From Octopus sinensis (Eukaryota), in assembly GCF_006345805.1 (NCBI RefSeq), contig NC_043008.1:59892001-59956000 (forward strand): a DNA stretch of 64,000 bases, read 5' to 3'. The notes under the pieces are model-generated. The model was not told the origin of the DNA and searched no databases. It saw only the letters and a list, made by a program, of their open reading frames with translations. Shown here in pieces: positions 49,301 to 63,184 of the stretch (the first letter of the stretch is position 1; every line of letters starts with the position of its first letter). Position numbers and translations under genes: made by a program.

Positions 49301-49530
49301 TCGTTGATGTGGAGAGTGGAGGCTGATGATACACATTGGTGACTGCTGATCTTTCATAAACAACTTAGCCCAGACATGTGCCTTTGTGACTTGGAGGGTA
49401 ACCTTCTAGGTGAAATCCCCATGGTCATTCAGAACCGAAGGAGGTCTTTACCCCCTTTTTTTAAACCCTTATTTCGTAGACAGTAAAATACTAATTATTT
49501 TTTAAATAAATTTAGATACTTTACCAATAA

Positions 49531-49742
49531 TCCTTTCTACTCAAGGTACAAGGTCAGAAATTTAAAGGGAGGAGATAGTTGATTGCATCAACCCCAATAC
49601 TCAGCTAGTACTTGATTTATTAGCCCCAAAAGGATGAAACGCAAAGTTGGCCTCAGCAGAATTTGAACTCAGAAGATAAAGATGAACGAAATGCTGCTAA
49701 GCATTTTGTCTAGCACACTGTCATTTCTGCCAGCTTGTTACC
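49531..49742 (-). mobile_element. SINE family B
   Basis: CCCCAAAAGGATGAAACGCAAAGTTGGCCTCAGCAGAATTTGAACTCAG. Confidence 0.75.
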
Positions 49743-50028
49743 TTTAATTATTAATTAACAATAAGCTCATGTAGAGTTGTTAACACTGCACTGTTCAAAA
49801 CCCAACAATATGTGCTTGAAAATACATGCTAAGCAACGGCAGCTGGTATATTGCAGCTTGAATCAATAATTGAAACATACTATTCTCTCAGTGTGAATCA
49901 AACTAAATCTATTCACACAATAGATGTTGATATATACATACATACATACATACATACATACTACATACATACATACATACATACATACATACACAATGCA
50001 TACATACATACATTCATACATACATACA

Positions 50029-50064
<36 letters not shown>

Positions 50065-50115
50065 TACATACATACACAATGCATACATACATACATACAT
50101 ACATACATACATACA

Positions 50116-50151
<36 letters not shown>

Positions 50152-50195
50152 TATATATGGTGTGTGTATGTATACATATATCAGCATCTATTATG

Positions 50196-50246
<51 letters not shown>

Positions 50247-50775
50247 ACATTTTCACTTCTCAAGCATTAAACTGTTTGTTGTCTACACCACCTGTCTTTG
50301 TCTTTTGTTTTTCTGTGAATTCTTTCCTTTTAAATACATACACACACACACATATATATATATGTATACACACACACACATATATATATACCCCACCACA
50401 TGTATAAACATATTTGTCTTAGTGTGCTGCAACATCCAAAACTTGGAGTTTTATCATGGCTACCGAATAATTGTCACATATTGTATTTACAGATATATAT
50501 ATATAAACAATTATATTCACTTTGCTAGGCTTAATGGAGTCACTGATAATTGTGAAATAAAGTGAAGATAACAGGGATCAATGCAACGAGAAAAAAAATA
50601 ACCATTGAAAGATTTAGTTCAATTGCTGGGCTCTGATAAACTTCTCAATAGCCATAGCATAGATATGAACACCTTATCCAAAACATTAAAAAAGGAAAAC
50701 AGATTTAAAGCTCATGATTTCTTTTACCTAATTCTGATAGGAAACAATTGCCTAGTGAATATAAGCAATGATTAA

Positions 50776-50995
50776 CCCTTTCGTTACTGTATTTCTTTTG
50801 AGATGCTCTGTGTTTCTTTCAATTACTATAAATATAACAAAGAATTTAGTAAAATAACTTAGTTATCATTAAGCTAGTGCTAGGAACATAAATTGTGACT
50901 AAGGTTTGGTGGAAGATTTTAATTCAAAACTTATGGAAACAAGACATTTGTACTCAGAGCCAGAGCCAGTTTCAGCCAGGTTGGTAATGAAAGGG
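50776..50995. mobile_element. piggyBac-type MITE (family P2)
   Basis: TTAA at 50772-50775 and 50996-50999; TIR CCCTTTCGTTAC / GTAATGAAAGGG. Confidence 0.85.
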
Positions 50996-51665
50996 TTAAA
51001 AGTTTAGCTGGGGAGATATGAGTTCAATCTTCAGGTCAATAGATCTATAATTATTTTTGTTTGAAGGGGCTGAAGCAAATGACAGAATGAGAACATTTTA
51101 TACCCAAGGCTTTCAAAAAAGGAAATGTCTTGAAATTTCTAAGGATGTGTCTGAATATGACAGGCACTTGTAAATGTCTGCTGAGGAGAATGGTCAAAAT
51201 GTGATTTTTCAGGGAGCTTCATAGCAAAGATTAAAAAAAAAATTGGTGGGAGTCAAAAAACGAGCTTTTGTGATTCTATGCAGAATATTCCACTGTATTT
51301 CAGCCCATATTTTCACCTTATGCATTACCTTGAACAATAAGTAATTATTTCAACCCAGTGCCACTTCTACTAAAAGAGACAATAGAGAACTAGTCTACAA
51401 GATGGAAGCAGTAGAGAGGGAAATTACATTGAATATGTTATAGAGAATACAATATGGGTTGCAAAAGAACCTCTTTAAGGACTAGGAATGAAAATAAAGA
51501 AAACACTGGTGAAATCTGTCAACATTTCCCACTGTTAGAATCTTTCGATGTCAGTCAGAAATGGAACATAACCACTGAGAAAAATAATTCAACAGAGTAA
51601 CAGATGTTGATTATATTTATGTCAATCAAATCTTCACCAGAATGAATGGCTAAACGCATTAGTTT

Positions 51666-51696
<31 letters not shown>

Positions 51697-51703
51697 CACA
51701 CAC

Positions 51704-51774
<71 letters not shown>

Positions 51775-52061
51775 CACACACACACACGCACACACACACA
51801 CACACATAAGTATGCATATATATATTATATACATATTGTATGTTATACATGTATAATATCATCATCATCATCGTTTAGCATCCGCTTTCCATGCTAGCAT
51901 GGGTTGGATGGTTCAACTGGGGTTAATAATAAGCTTTTACCTGCTTATTATGTTGAAATTAACTGCTTTTCCTTCAATTAATTAATTTTGAAAATAATGA
52001 AGAACTTTTGAAAATAACTTTGTCATAATTAAACTGTTGCTTGGAATACGAATTAACCTGC

Positions 52062-52400
52062 ATCGCCTTACTGGCACTTGTGTCGGTGGCACATGAAAAA
52101 ACATTTGAGCGAGGTCGTTGCCAGTGCTGCTGGACTGGCTCCTGTGCAGGTTGCACATAAAAAGCGCCATTTCAGCATGGCCATTGCCAGTACTGACTGA
52201 CTGGCCCTCGCGCTGGTGGCATGTAAAAGCACCCACAACACTCACTCTTGGAGTGGTTGGCATTAGGAAGGGCATCAAGTTCTAGAAACTCTGCCAGATC
52301 AGATTGGAGTCTGGTGCAGCCACCTGGTTCACCAGACCTCAGTCAAATCGTCCAACCCATGCTAGCATGGAAAGTGGACGTTAAACGATGATGATGATGA
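52062..52400 (+). mobile_element. Family C copy
   Basis: Three diverged GGTGGCAC units, GTTGGCATTAGGAAGGGCATC, ...GGACGTTAAACG(ATG)n. Confidence 0.82.
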
Positions 52401-52629
52401 AATTTTGATGGAAAGTTCAAGTTAGGTCACTCTAAATTAGGAAACCTGTATCATGGAACCAAGTGGGTTTTCAAGATTGTTGGTATCAAAACAGTTTATC
52501 GCATTCATCTGAGTTTGAATCTTCGCATCGCATTTTAAGCATTTCCTAAACTGTATCATTACTATATGACAGATCTTTCCCTTCAAGAACTTACATTTGT
52601 TGAGCAGATAATTTCAATGTATATACTAT

Positions 52630-52780
52630 ATATTGGTTTCAAATTTTGGCACACGGCAAACAATTTCAGGAGAGGGATGAGTTAATTACATCGACCCCAG
52701 TGCTGAACTGGTATTTATTTTATCAACCCCAAAAGGATGAAAGGTAAAGACAACCTCAGTGGAATTTGAACTCAGAAAAG
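52630..52780 (-). mobile_element. SINE family B fragment
   Basis: ATCGACCCCAGTG...CCCCAAAAGGATGAAAGGTAAAG...GGAATTTGAACTCAG. Confidence 0.7.
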
Positions 52781-54035
52781 CCTCAAAAGGATATACTACA
52801 TATTGTACTAAACCATGCAATACATTCAACTAGGGAACAGATTCCTATATATAAAAGATTTGATTTAGATGTGCACTGTATACAAATATAAAATCTTATT
52901 GTATTGATATACCAGGTGTGTACATTAAACATACACTCATCAACTCATCATTTAGACATTTGCTTATTTTCTTTTTCTATATTTTCAGTTTCCATAAATG
53001 AAATTTAGAAAGTTAGCTTAAAATATCCATTGGGTTCATTTTCCTGTATAAGTTTGGTTATATTAAATATCTTTACAAATGCCAAAATAAAATTATCTCT
53101 TCTGTGTTGCTATTTGCACAAACCAAATATTGTGTTAACATTATAATATCTTCTCTAGCCTATTGGATTCAAAGATAGCAATGTCTCAGATATTTCGATA
53201 TGTGAATATCTCGTAATTTGGTTTTTATTAAAACGTTATCACATGATATTCATTCACAGATGATTCTATGGCATTTACCAATAAAGATCATATTATATGT
53301 CTCATTTCACTATTTTTTTGTCTCAAATATAGATCTATCTGTGTTAGAAGATTTTATTAATATTCAAAGTATATCCCAAATCATTGGATACTTTTATGTA
53401 TTTCTGCCGAATATTACAACTATATACCAGTGGCTGATGCATTTGTCTCTTCCTTCTTCTTATTTCATTCTTGCTACTTTTCTCTCATAAATACATGATG
53501 ATAAATACTTGTTGACAAATCTATATCATGGTATTATCATCTATCTTGAAGCTTACTTTCAAAAATATTGGAGATAACTGTAGTTTCAGCAGTACCCGTG
53601 AGAAGAATAAAATATAGGAGTGATATAATCAAGCGAAATATCAACTGAAAAATGCATTACATGAATAAAGCTAAATTTTTTACTTTCTTCATATAAAATT
53701 CTTATTTATATTTTCAATATATAAAATGGAATATTTTTCAAAAAATTTCCAAGATATTAATCTATATTATTTTTGCATTCATTCCACAACCAAGTAAGAT
53801 TATATACTCTTGAGATATTAAAATTCATTAATTCAACCAAGTTACATTCAATGTGAATATTCAGAAATTTAGAAATTATTTTTCAGATCCTTTGCTTAAT
53901 CCTCTACCATGCATCTATAGAAATAGTTTTCAGAGCTAGTTCTGAGAATGATGTTGTCTGACAATATGTTAGCACATGATACAATATCAGTAGAAAACAT
54001 TTTAATCAGCCTATCACTATTAACACCGATATATA

Positions 54036-54207
54036 CAGGGGTTGGACAAAATAATGAAAACATCTAGCATCATAGCATCATAATTTTGAAATATCACAAA
54101 GCCGGGTTTCATGGGAGAGCTGCAATCAGAAAACCACTACTTTCAAAAACAAACGTTGCAAAGCATTTAGAGTGGAGTAAAAACCTACAGAATTGGTCCC
54201 TAGAGCA
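54036..54207 (+). mobile_element. Internally deleted Tc1 fragment
   Basis: TA|CAGGGGTTGGACAAAATAATG TIR (same type as the TIR at 26402-26426), then HKAGFHGRAAIRKPLLSKTNVAKHLEWSKNLQNWSLE. Confidence 0.8.
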
Positions 54208-54607
54208 TGTGCCTGGTGTACCCTTATCATTCATTCTTTGAAGGTCAATAAAATAAAATACCAGTCTAGCTACTAGATTTATTTACTAGACTACTTCTGC
54301 ACCCACCATCCTTACCCCACTGGGATTTTGTAAAAGCATAAAAAAACGTGGGGAAGAGCTGAATCAAAAAGAAACCAGCCAATGCCGTGAGTTTGTTTAG
54401 GGTGGAGATCTCCTTGCCAAAAGGGTCCACACACACTATGGCCCAAAATCCGTCTGCCATGACACTACTTGGAGTGACATGCAAGGTCTTGAAGATGGGT
54501 TGCAATGAAATACTGCTAGTTCCAATGTACGCTGCTAGCTCCAAGGTAGAATGCCACAAACTCCAATGTATGTCACGAGCTCCAATGTATGCTACTAGCT
54601 ATATTTG

Positions 54608-54659
<52 letters not shown>

Positions 54660-55411
54660 CATCTATCCATCTGTCTATCTATCTATATATCTATCTATCT
54701 ATCTATTTATCTATCTATATATACGGACATATTTTTTTTTCTTTCCCCAAAAAAGAAAAGCTCTACTTAGTAATCTGTCCCGTCTGTGTGCAGCCCTGTG
54801 TGGCTAATAAAGAAACATATATATACGGACATATATTGATAAATATGTGTGTATGTATATATTTACATATATGCAGACACATATACATACTTGTATATGC
54901 TTGTTTTAATGACTCCTATAGCTGTCACAGTTGCATGTGCATTACAGAATTCTAGCACCAAAAAAAAAACCAAAAAAAAACAAACGGAAGTTTGTTTTTG
55001 TAAATATTTAGGACAGATTTCACCATAACTGTTCCACATTCCATCAACTTATTTGCCTAATCTGATTTCATTTTGTATCTATTATTTACTGTTTCTAAGC
55101 TAAATCTATTTATATTCTTGATTAACAGATGTTATTGTCATCTGTGCATTCCACATTTCTTTCATTTCTCATAAAAGCTGGGAGAAAAAAAATCAAACAA
55201 ACAAACAAACCAAAGCTATATGAAAAAAAAAAGTATAAAGGGTTGCAGGCGTTTCTGTGATTAGATTTAGCACTTAAAATACCTGTCTGTGTTTAGTTAA
55301 ATCTGATAACAGATTAAGATGGGATCATGTGTGATAACAAGTTCAGAGGTATTCTGAATGTTGAATGTTGAAATTCTTTAAAAAAGCAGATATTATGCTT
55401 ATCAGTTTTGG

Positions 55412-55442
<31 letters not shown>

Positions 55443-55699
55443 AAGAAGAAATAGAAGAAAAAGACTACAGATGCAAAACATGAACTCATTAACCTCATAG
55501 AACACTCAATTACATCTTGATGTTATCTTAGGCAACAGATGAAAAGTCAGAATGCATTTCTGTGATATTGATGAAGATGTGTCTTAACTATTTTCATTTA
55601 TTTGAAGTTGTCACACTGTCAGACCTGACAGAACATATATATATATATATATATATATAATCAGATAAGTTTCACTGATGACTGCCTCATCTTCTTTAA

Positions 55700-55918
55700 T
55701 CCTTTAGCATTTAAACCGACCATACCCGGCCCAAATATGCAACCTGGTTTATATCCAGCTGAACCAGATCCAACCTTGCATACCTAACCTACAATTTTAT
55801 TCTAAAAATAACAATAACATCAGCAAGATCTCAAAGCTCCAAGATAATGTATGATTAATTCAAAACAATGTGAATAAATAAACATTACATTTGACAGAAT
55901 AATCTAGATACTGAAAGG
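55700..55918. mobile_element. piggyBac-type MITE (family P1)
   Basis: TTAA at 55696-55699 and 55919-55922; homologous to 6335-6544. Confidence 0.75.
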
Positions 55919-57647
55919 TTAAGTAACTCTCTCTTTTACTCTCTACTCTGTTACTTGTTTCATTCATTTGACTGTGGCCATGCTGGAGTACCACATTTAG
56001 TCGAGCAAATCGACCCCAGGACTTATTCTTTGTAAAACTAGTACTTATTCTATCGGTCTCTTTTGCCAAACCGCTAAGTGTCGATATAATCAACTTAATC
56101 CCTTTGTCTGTCCTTGTTTGTCCCCTCTATGTTTAGCCCCTTGTGGGCAATAAAGAAATAAGAAATAATATTTGGCACCAACATATATTATTTTACTTTT
56201 GCCATATTCCTAATCTCACTGATGTTTTTGCTGTTGTTGTTGTTTAATCCCAAGTAAACCCCGACTGACCAGAACTGGGATTAAAGCCATTTTAACTTGG
56301 GAATCCTTAATTTTTTGCGGGGTGGTGTGCATCATGTAACTAAAACAATGTTATCTAATATATTCTTCCTTTTATATAAAATACTACAGAATGAATTAAA
56401 GGAAAAACATTACTGCTATTTCTTGTATGTCGGGTGGCTTTTTGGGGACTCAATCATTGGTTCACTTTTTAACAATGCTTTGTAAATGAAGCTGAATTGA
56501 AACTAAAATGCTGCATTTGCTATATGCCCTAAACTAAACTCTGGTTCTTTGGTGACTTCCAAAATTTATGATTCAATCAATTATTGACTGTAGGTGGTCC
56601 TGTTGGCTTTTGATTCCATCAAATATTTATTTTTCCTCGAGCCTACATGGCAACGTGTGACTGATGTTTCTAAACGAGAACACAAACCAACAGCAAGCGT
56701 TTCGATATAGACCATCTATTTGCTTGAAACAGTAGCCACATCTCCCTTAACTCCCATCCCACTGCTTTATAAAAAAAAACATGAAGAATGCTACATTAGT
56801 TTGCTACAATATATAATGTTGTGTAAGATGCATGTTGAAACATGCTACTGGCCATAGATCTGGTTAATTAGAAATGACCAATGGTTAAATCCACTGCAAC
56901 AATATCACTAGAACTAGAGGCAATAAATGGCCTCTGCGCAGACATTCTACTTGATTAAAATAAGAGCTTCATTTCTCTCAGATCAAACCCTACCAACTTA
57001 GAAGAGCGCAGAATGGACATAGGCAATGTAGCTTAGATGCACCTGAAAGAAAATGATGGTTTGGTCTTGGAGGGAAAGCTTTTGATCATGGGTTTGATTG
57101 ATCACAACTGACCTAGTGTTAAACAACAACATCTCTTGTAACAACAATAATATTACAACCAGCAGCACCTTTGATCATAAGTCTGCTGATTCAGGACTGA
57201 CCTGGGGCTATACAACAAACAAAACAACTTCTGAGAAACTATTCCTTGCAACAAATCAGTTTTTTTCCCTGAAGACCTCTTAGAAACCCCATCTATAACA
57301 CTTCATCTTTCAAACACCAAATACTGACATTCCATCTCTAAAGATATCAATATAGTTGCTAGCCTTAACCAATATAATCTTTTCCACTTGTGTGGTCTGT
57401 TTAATCTTCAGATCGATATTTCAATCATGACACGAGAGTTAATATTGCTCTTGGTGAATACGAGGAAGAAGTTCACATATATTTATTTTCCTTTCGAATG
57501 CTCTTGAAACTGATAGCAATGGCGGGAAAACATTGAAGAAGGATAACTTAAGCATTGTAGATTTTGGTGACAATAGTTATTAGATGCAGAATATCTCAAA
57601 CATCAACAGCAGCAACAACAACAACAACTACAATAATAATAATAATA

Positions 57648-57697
<50 letters not shown>

Positions 57698-57984
57698 CAT
57701 AATAATAATAATAATGATAATAATAATAGCAGTAGTAGGCAATATATCACATCAACAACGTGTTTGCTATTATGAAAGTTCGAAATTAAATATTATCAAT
57801 AATCCATATCTGGAGAAATTACACCGGATGAATGTTGTTTGTGATGTATCTATATTACACACCCAAACATATACATAAATACATACACACATATACATAA
57901 ATACTTGCATACATACATACACCATATATATATATATATACACATACACATATATATATATACACATATGCATATACATGCATG

Positions 57985-58015
<31 letters not shown>

Positions 58016-58159
58016 GCTATGTACACATGCACAATAAACAAACAAGAGTACACATTGATATACTCCCCTTGCAAATGGTCTTTCAACTTAACCACCTTTA
58101 TCTTCCTCTGTCTCTTACTTTCAGTCTATCTATCTACCTATAATCTATCTATCTATCTA

Positions 58160-58204
<45 letters not shown>

Positions 58205-58219
58205 CTATCTATCTATCTG

Positions 58220-58272
<53 letters not shown>

Positions 58273-58314
58273 AATCTATCTATCTGTCTGTCTGTCTGTC
58301 GGACTGTCTCTCTG

Positions 58315-58377
<63 letters not shown>

Positions 58378-58378
58378 C

Positions 58379-58409
<31 letters not shown>

Positions 58410-58750
58410 GTCTATCTATCCATTTTTCTCTCACAATTTCCATTTTTCTGTCACCCTTTAAATTACATAAAAATAAAAAAAAATCTATGGCAAAAATAAC
58501 AAAAAAGAAAAATGTCCTCTTGAGAAAAATATCTCAACTAAATGAAATAAAAACAACAAAGACGAGAAATAAATTTTTGCTAAAAATTATTTGATCAAGA
58601 ATAAATAATGATTTTTTCCTTAAAAAAAAAAATTATGCTTTAAGTTAAAAAAAAAAAAATTCTACAAGGAAAAAATTCTCAATAAAAGACAATTATCTTG
58701 CCCAAAGTAATACGATCAGAATGAAATTAGAAACATCGAATGTTGCTTAC

Positions 58751-58990
58751 CTAAGTCATATATAGAACACTATAAAACATGGAAATAGTTATACTTGGCA
58801 GTGTTTTCATATGCTTAGCTATTACACACTATTTCGCAGCTGCTGCACAAACTCTTCAGGCAATACACTTAACTTCTTCCACCGATGTCTTCAACTTATT
58901 AAAATCATTTTATAATTGACGTCTTCATAGTGCCAAGAGATTTAGAATTTTGTTCGTTTTATTTTGTTTTGAACAAAAGAGAAAAAAAAA
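58751..58990 (-). other. Candidate first exon of a minus-strand gene
   Basis: Donor TTAG|GTAAGC (intron begins at 58750) at the edge of a CpG-richer zone; upstream boundary undefined. Confidence 0.25.
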
Positions 58991-59157
58991 ATACAATAAC
59001 ATGGTGCTGACATGTCTCTGTGGTTTAAAAAGATTAGCTTAGCGACTAAACGTCTCAGTTCAATCCCACTGAGATTACAGTATGGTCTAGGTGTCTTCTA
59101 CCATACCTGAGGTTTCGTGGATACCATCGATGACGTCTATCGGAAACCTAATGTTTG

Positions 59158-59224
<67 letters not shown>

Positions 59225-59321
59225 ATAATATGAGAGGTTTTGGTATCCAGATGACCCAAAAGGCAGGTAAGGCTACATAAGTGCCACGGAAAGACCTTCC
59301 TTCTATTGAACTCTCTCATGT

Positions 59322-59369
59322 CGTTCTGATGATGGGATATCCTTTATATCCTTGAAACAGCTGTAAGGC
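59322..59369 (+). ncRNA. Type I hammerhead motif (same family as 29830), weak stem I
   Basis: CGTT CTGATGA T GGGATAT-ccttt-ATATCCT T GAAA C AGCT G TA AGGC. Confidence 0.6.
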
Positions 59370-59451
59370 TACCTTTCTCTTTATAAATGGCCTAAAAATT
59401 TTACACTGCTTTAGCTTTATTGTCTCATTTTATTTAACACACATACACACA

Positions 59452-59493
<42 letters not shown>

Positions 59494-60151
59494 TGTGTGT
59501 GTGTATTTGTATATTTATTTCTTTCACATCACCATTCTTGTTTACGTCCCCATTGTCATCTGAATAGTTTGGGAAAAGAGACCGATAGAATAAGCACTAG
59601 ATTTAAGCAATAATTACTTGGGAGAGGGGAGATGTGTTTGACTAAAAGCCCTTCAAGATACTGACCCAGTATAGACACAGCCGAGCAACAGAAACTGATC
59701 AAAGACAAAAAGCTTATTAAGAATCTGATATTTCGAACAAAAAAAAATTAATAAATATGAGGGAAATTTTAATTTAAAATTCTTTAAAACAAGGAAAGTT
59801 GTACCATAAAAAAGGGACGGTCATGGGGCAGGTTGGTATCAAAATGGTGAAATTGAAATTATAACAAGAGAAATCGAACACGCGTCATAAATTCAGTTTG
59901 TGGCAAGAGCTGCCTAGATGTCTGTATCGGTTATAGTAAGCGATAAACATGGAACAAGATTCATGAGTAAATGAAAAAAATTCAAAATGACATCAGTTTT
60001 CCTAAGGGAACGATAAAAATCAATAAATACAAAAAAATGTCACATAGTTAATATCCAATTAAACACAAGCAAGCAATTATAAATTAGAAAAGACTAATTC
60101 AGATAAACAGTCAAGCAATCAATAGAAAGGACATAGTTTCAATATGTGTAA

Positions 60152-60238
<87 letters not shown>

Positions 60239-60346
60239 CATACATACATATATATACATATATATACATACATACATACATAACATATATATATACATAC
60301 ATACATAGATATGTATATATATATACATACATATACATATACATAC

Positions 60347-60393
<47 letters not shown>

Positions 60394-61689
60394 TATATGT
60401 AAGTACACATATGAATATACATATGACTGTGCGCACGTTGTAGGCATGCAATGTAATCATAAGTACATCTTTTGCACACATACAAACACACATATATGCA
60501 TATGTATATTTGTATATGTATGTATATATGTGTATGTATGTTTTTATATATATATATATGCATATAGATAAGTGCTTGTTTGTGTTTATAGAAAACTAAT
60601 TTCGGAAATAGTGCATGCATTGTTTTTTAAATTTTTAAATTATACGAATTAAAACAAGTCAAACATGGAAAGGCTTGCGGGTTTTTAAATGTTTATTGGT
60701 TTTTATACTAGTAAATGAAAATTTAAGTCACCGAATTAAGAATCAATATTTTTGTTGTATTCTGAGACGGTCGTATTGCCAATAAAAACACACGCACCGG
60801 TTATGTTTCATTTCAGCTTTATTACCAATGAATTTGATAATTTACCAGTTAACCACCTGCATAATCATGTTAGCCATTCAAAATCTTACTACAAAAACCT
60901 GAGTAGATCTTCAATAAGGGTTGAAGATAAAGTGTTGCCTGGTACCATGTAATCATTGGTAAGGTCAATTTTGTCAATAGGGATTTTACAGCCTAATCGA
61001 TTAACCGATTGATTAACAAATTATGTAATTAATTGAAACTGAAGTGACACATAACCAGTGTATGTGTGCAATTTTATTAGCTGCATGACCTTCCAAATGT
61101 ACAACAATATCGAATTCAGCACGCTATCTCACATCAAGAATCTCGTAAAATTAATATAAAAACCAACAATAGTCTTGATAAATAAACTGCGTTTCAAGTC
61201 TGAGTGAAGAAATGTAGACTTTGTCATGTTTAACTTTGTCTCAAAATTATCATATAAAGTCCTTACTTCCACCTCAACAAATAAATTAAAAGTTTGAACT
61301 TATTTCTGCTTGTCGGCATGCCACTAAATTTCTGTAGGAGAAGTTTACAAGTATGAAAAAAGTACTCACTATGTCAATGATTTAAATACAAAAAAATTGT
61401 CGTCTTCTTTTTTAACTTTAATTTTCAGTCGGTAAACATATTTTGTCATTTCAAGGTTAATTATATGAAACCTAGTTAGGGATTACTATACATTCAAAAA
61501 TAAATACCTATATCCTGCGTATTTGCAATCCAAACCTGAATCGCATGGAAAACTTCTAGCCTATAGAGACGCTAAATCGTCTATTTTCGGCATATAGGTT
61601 AGAATTTTTCTATGCCCTTAATTATAATTATATATATGATTTCACATTAATAGGACTATTTTAAACAAAAAGTAATTACCCTTGATTAT

Positions 61690-61820
61690 TACTCTTTTAC
61701 TTGTTTCAGTCATTTGACTGCGGCCATGCCTTTAGTCGAGCAAATCGACCCCGGGACTTATTCTTTGTAAGCCCAGTCTCTATCGGTCTCTTAGTGACGG
61801 GGACGTAAACACACCAACAC

Positions 61821-61877
<57 letters not shown>

Positions 61878-62043
61878 TACGACAGGCTTCTTTCAGTTTC
61901 CGTCTACCAAATCCACTCACAAGGCATTGATCGGCCCGGGGCTATAGTAGAAGACACTTGCCCAAGATGCCACGCAGTGGGACTGAACCCGGAACCATGT
62001 GGTTGGTTAGCAAGCTACATACCACACAGCCACTCCTGCGCCT
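61690..62043 (-). mobile_element. SINE family A with small internal deletions
   Basis: Tail-to-head match; CpGs largely retained. Confidence 0.88.
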
Positions 62044-62100
62044 ATATACGTAGATTGTATATTTCATACATATAGACATTATTTTGTTTCCATTCTCAAT

Positions 62101-62465
62101 CTAAAAACTGTCCGATGAACAGGAAAGTGAAACTCTGAGTAGCAGCTTTTTTGCAGCCTTAATAATAATCATTTCTATTGTAGGCACAATGCCTGAAATT
62201 TTCGGGGAGGGTGTGAGTCGATAAAATCGGCCCCAGTGCGTAAATAGTACTTATTTAATCGACTCCGAAAGGATGAAATGTAAAGTCAACCGCCGCGGAA
62301 TTTGAACACAGATCGCAGCAGCATTCGAAATACTGCTAAGCATTTTGCCTGGCGTGCTAATGATTCTGCCAGCTCGCCGCCTCACAACCTTGATAATAAT
62401 GAAGCATATCACTCTACCTCCTGTATTCGAGTACTATGTTTTCCCACTTGTTTCACATTTATGTG

Positions 62466-62470
<5 letters not shown>
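62101..62470 (+). mobile_element. Penelope-like terminal repeat (37269 family) split by a SINE B insertion
   Basis: 62101-62160 matches 37406-37460; 62401-62470 is the reverse complement of about 37271-37340. HHR-like motif 62103-62151: ACTGT CCGATGA AC..GT GAAA CTC-t-GAG TA GCAG. Confidence 0.7.
62170..62381 (-). mobile_element. SINE family B
   Basis: Tail TTTCTATTGTAGGCAC to head CTGCCAGCTCGCCGCC. Confidence 0.85.
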
Positions 62471-62530
<60 letters not shown>

Positions 62531-62685
62531 ATGTATGTATGTTTTATTCTGCCATTTTCATCCGAAGGTGGTTGAAGTCCTACGATGCTATCGATGGTTT
62601 ATCTATGATGACTGTAGGACTTTATATCCATTTTAACCAGTTGCCGTTTGCACGTGGGTTCCCTTGGTCAAAAGGTGAGCCCTGA

Positions 62686-62730
<45 letters not shown>

Positions 62731-63184
62731 ACTACTACTACAACTACTACTACAACACACACACAAATATACATACATAGATGACCATAGAAGGAAAGGG
62801 ACAGACATATGGAGAAACAGACAAATAGACAGACAGACAGACAGATAAATAAACAGATAGAGAAAGAGAGCAAGAAAGAGAGAATGAGAGATTGTGAGTG
62901 AGAGAGAGAGAGAAACGAATATTTGAAATATTTACTACTGTATATTAATCAAATTCTGCATAATTCCTAACCATAATATAGACACACTCCCCACATCTTT
63001 ATTGCGAATGACTCTCTAAAGTATAAATATATTATACTGTATTGGGATTAGCTTAAAAGAAGCAAATTATTACATATAATAAATTGTAGATTAGTTTTAT
63101 GACTAGATATTCTCTTGTCGCTTTGGTAATGCTATAATTAACGACACAGCTAGACACACAGATGTATGTATGTATGTATCTTTT

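Noticed and set aside
48932-49363. Thr-, Val- or Gly-rich (mucin-like) ORFs
   Set aside because: (ACC)n microsatellite; no splice or domain support.
50600-50700. Minus-strand peptide GVHIYAMAIEKFIRAQQLN resembling receptor ligand-binding helices
   Set aside because: Requires a rare AAG acceptor, is only 19 codons long, and the similarity is too short to support.
53050-53600. Decayed Penelope RT-endonuclease linker on the minus strand
   Set aside because: Vague resemblance only; many stops and no diagnostic GIY-YIG or YxDD motif.
57400-57540. Plus-strand exon DRYFNHDTRVNIALG(EYEEEVHIY)
   Set aside because: Reasonable acceptor but weak donor and no recognisable homology; similar plus-strand candidates near 7410, 8848 and 46760 look like background.
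62571-62625. Structured RNA (AAGTCCTAC/GTAGGACTT stem)
   Set aside because: A 9-bp stem with a long, poorly paired loop; no ribozyme or miRNA features.
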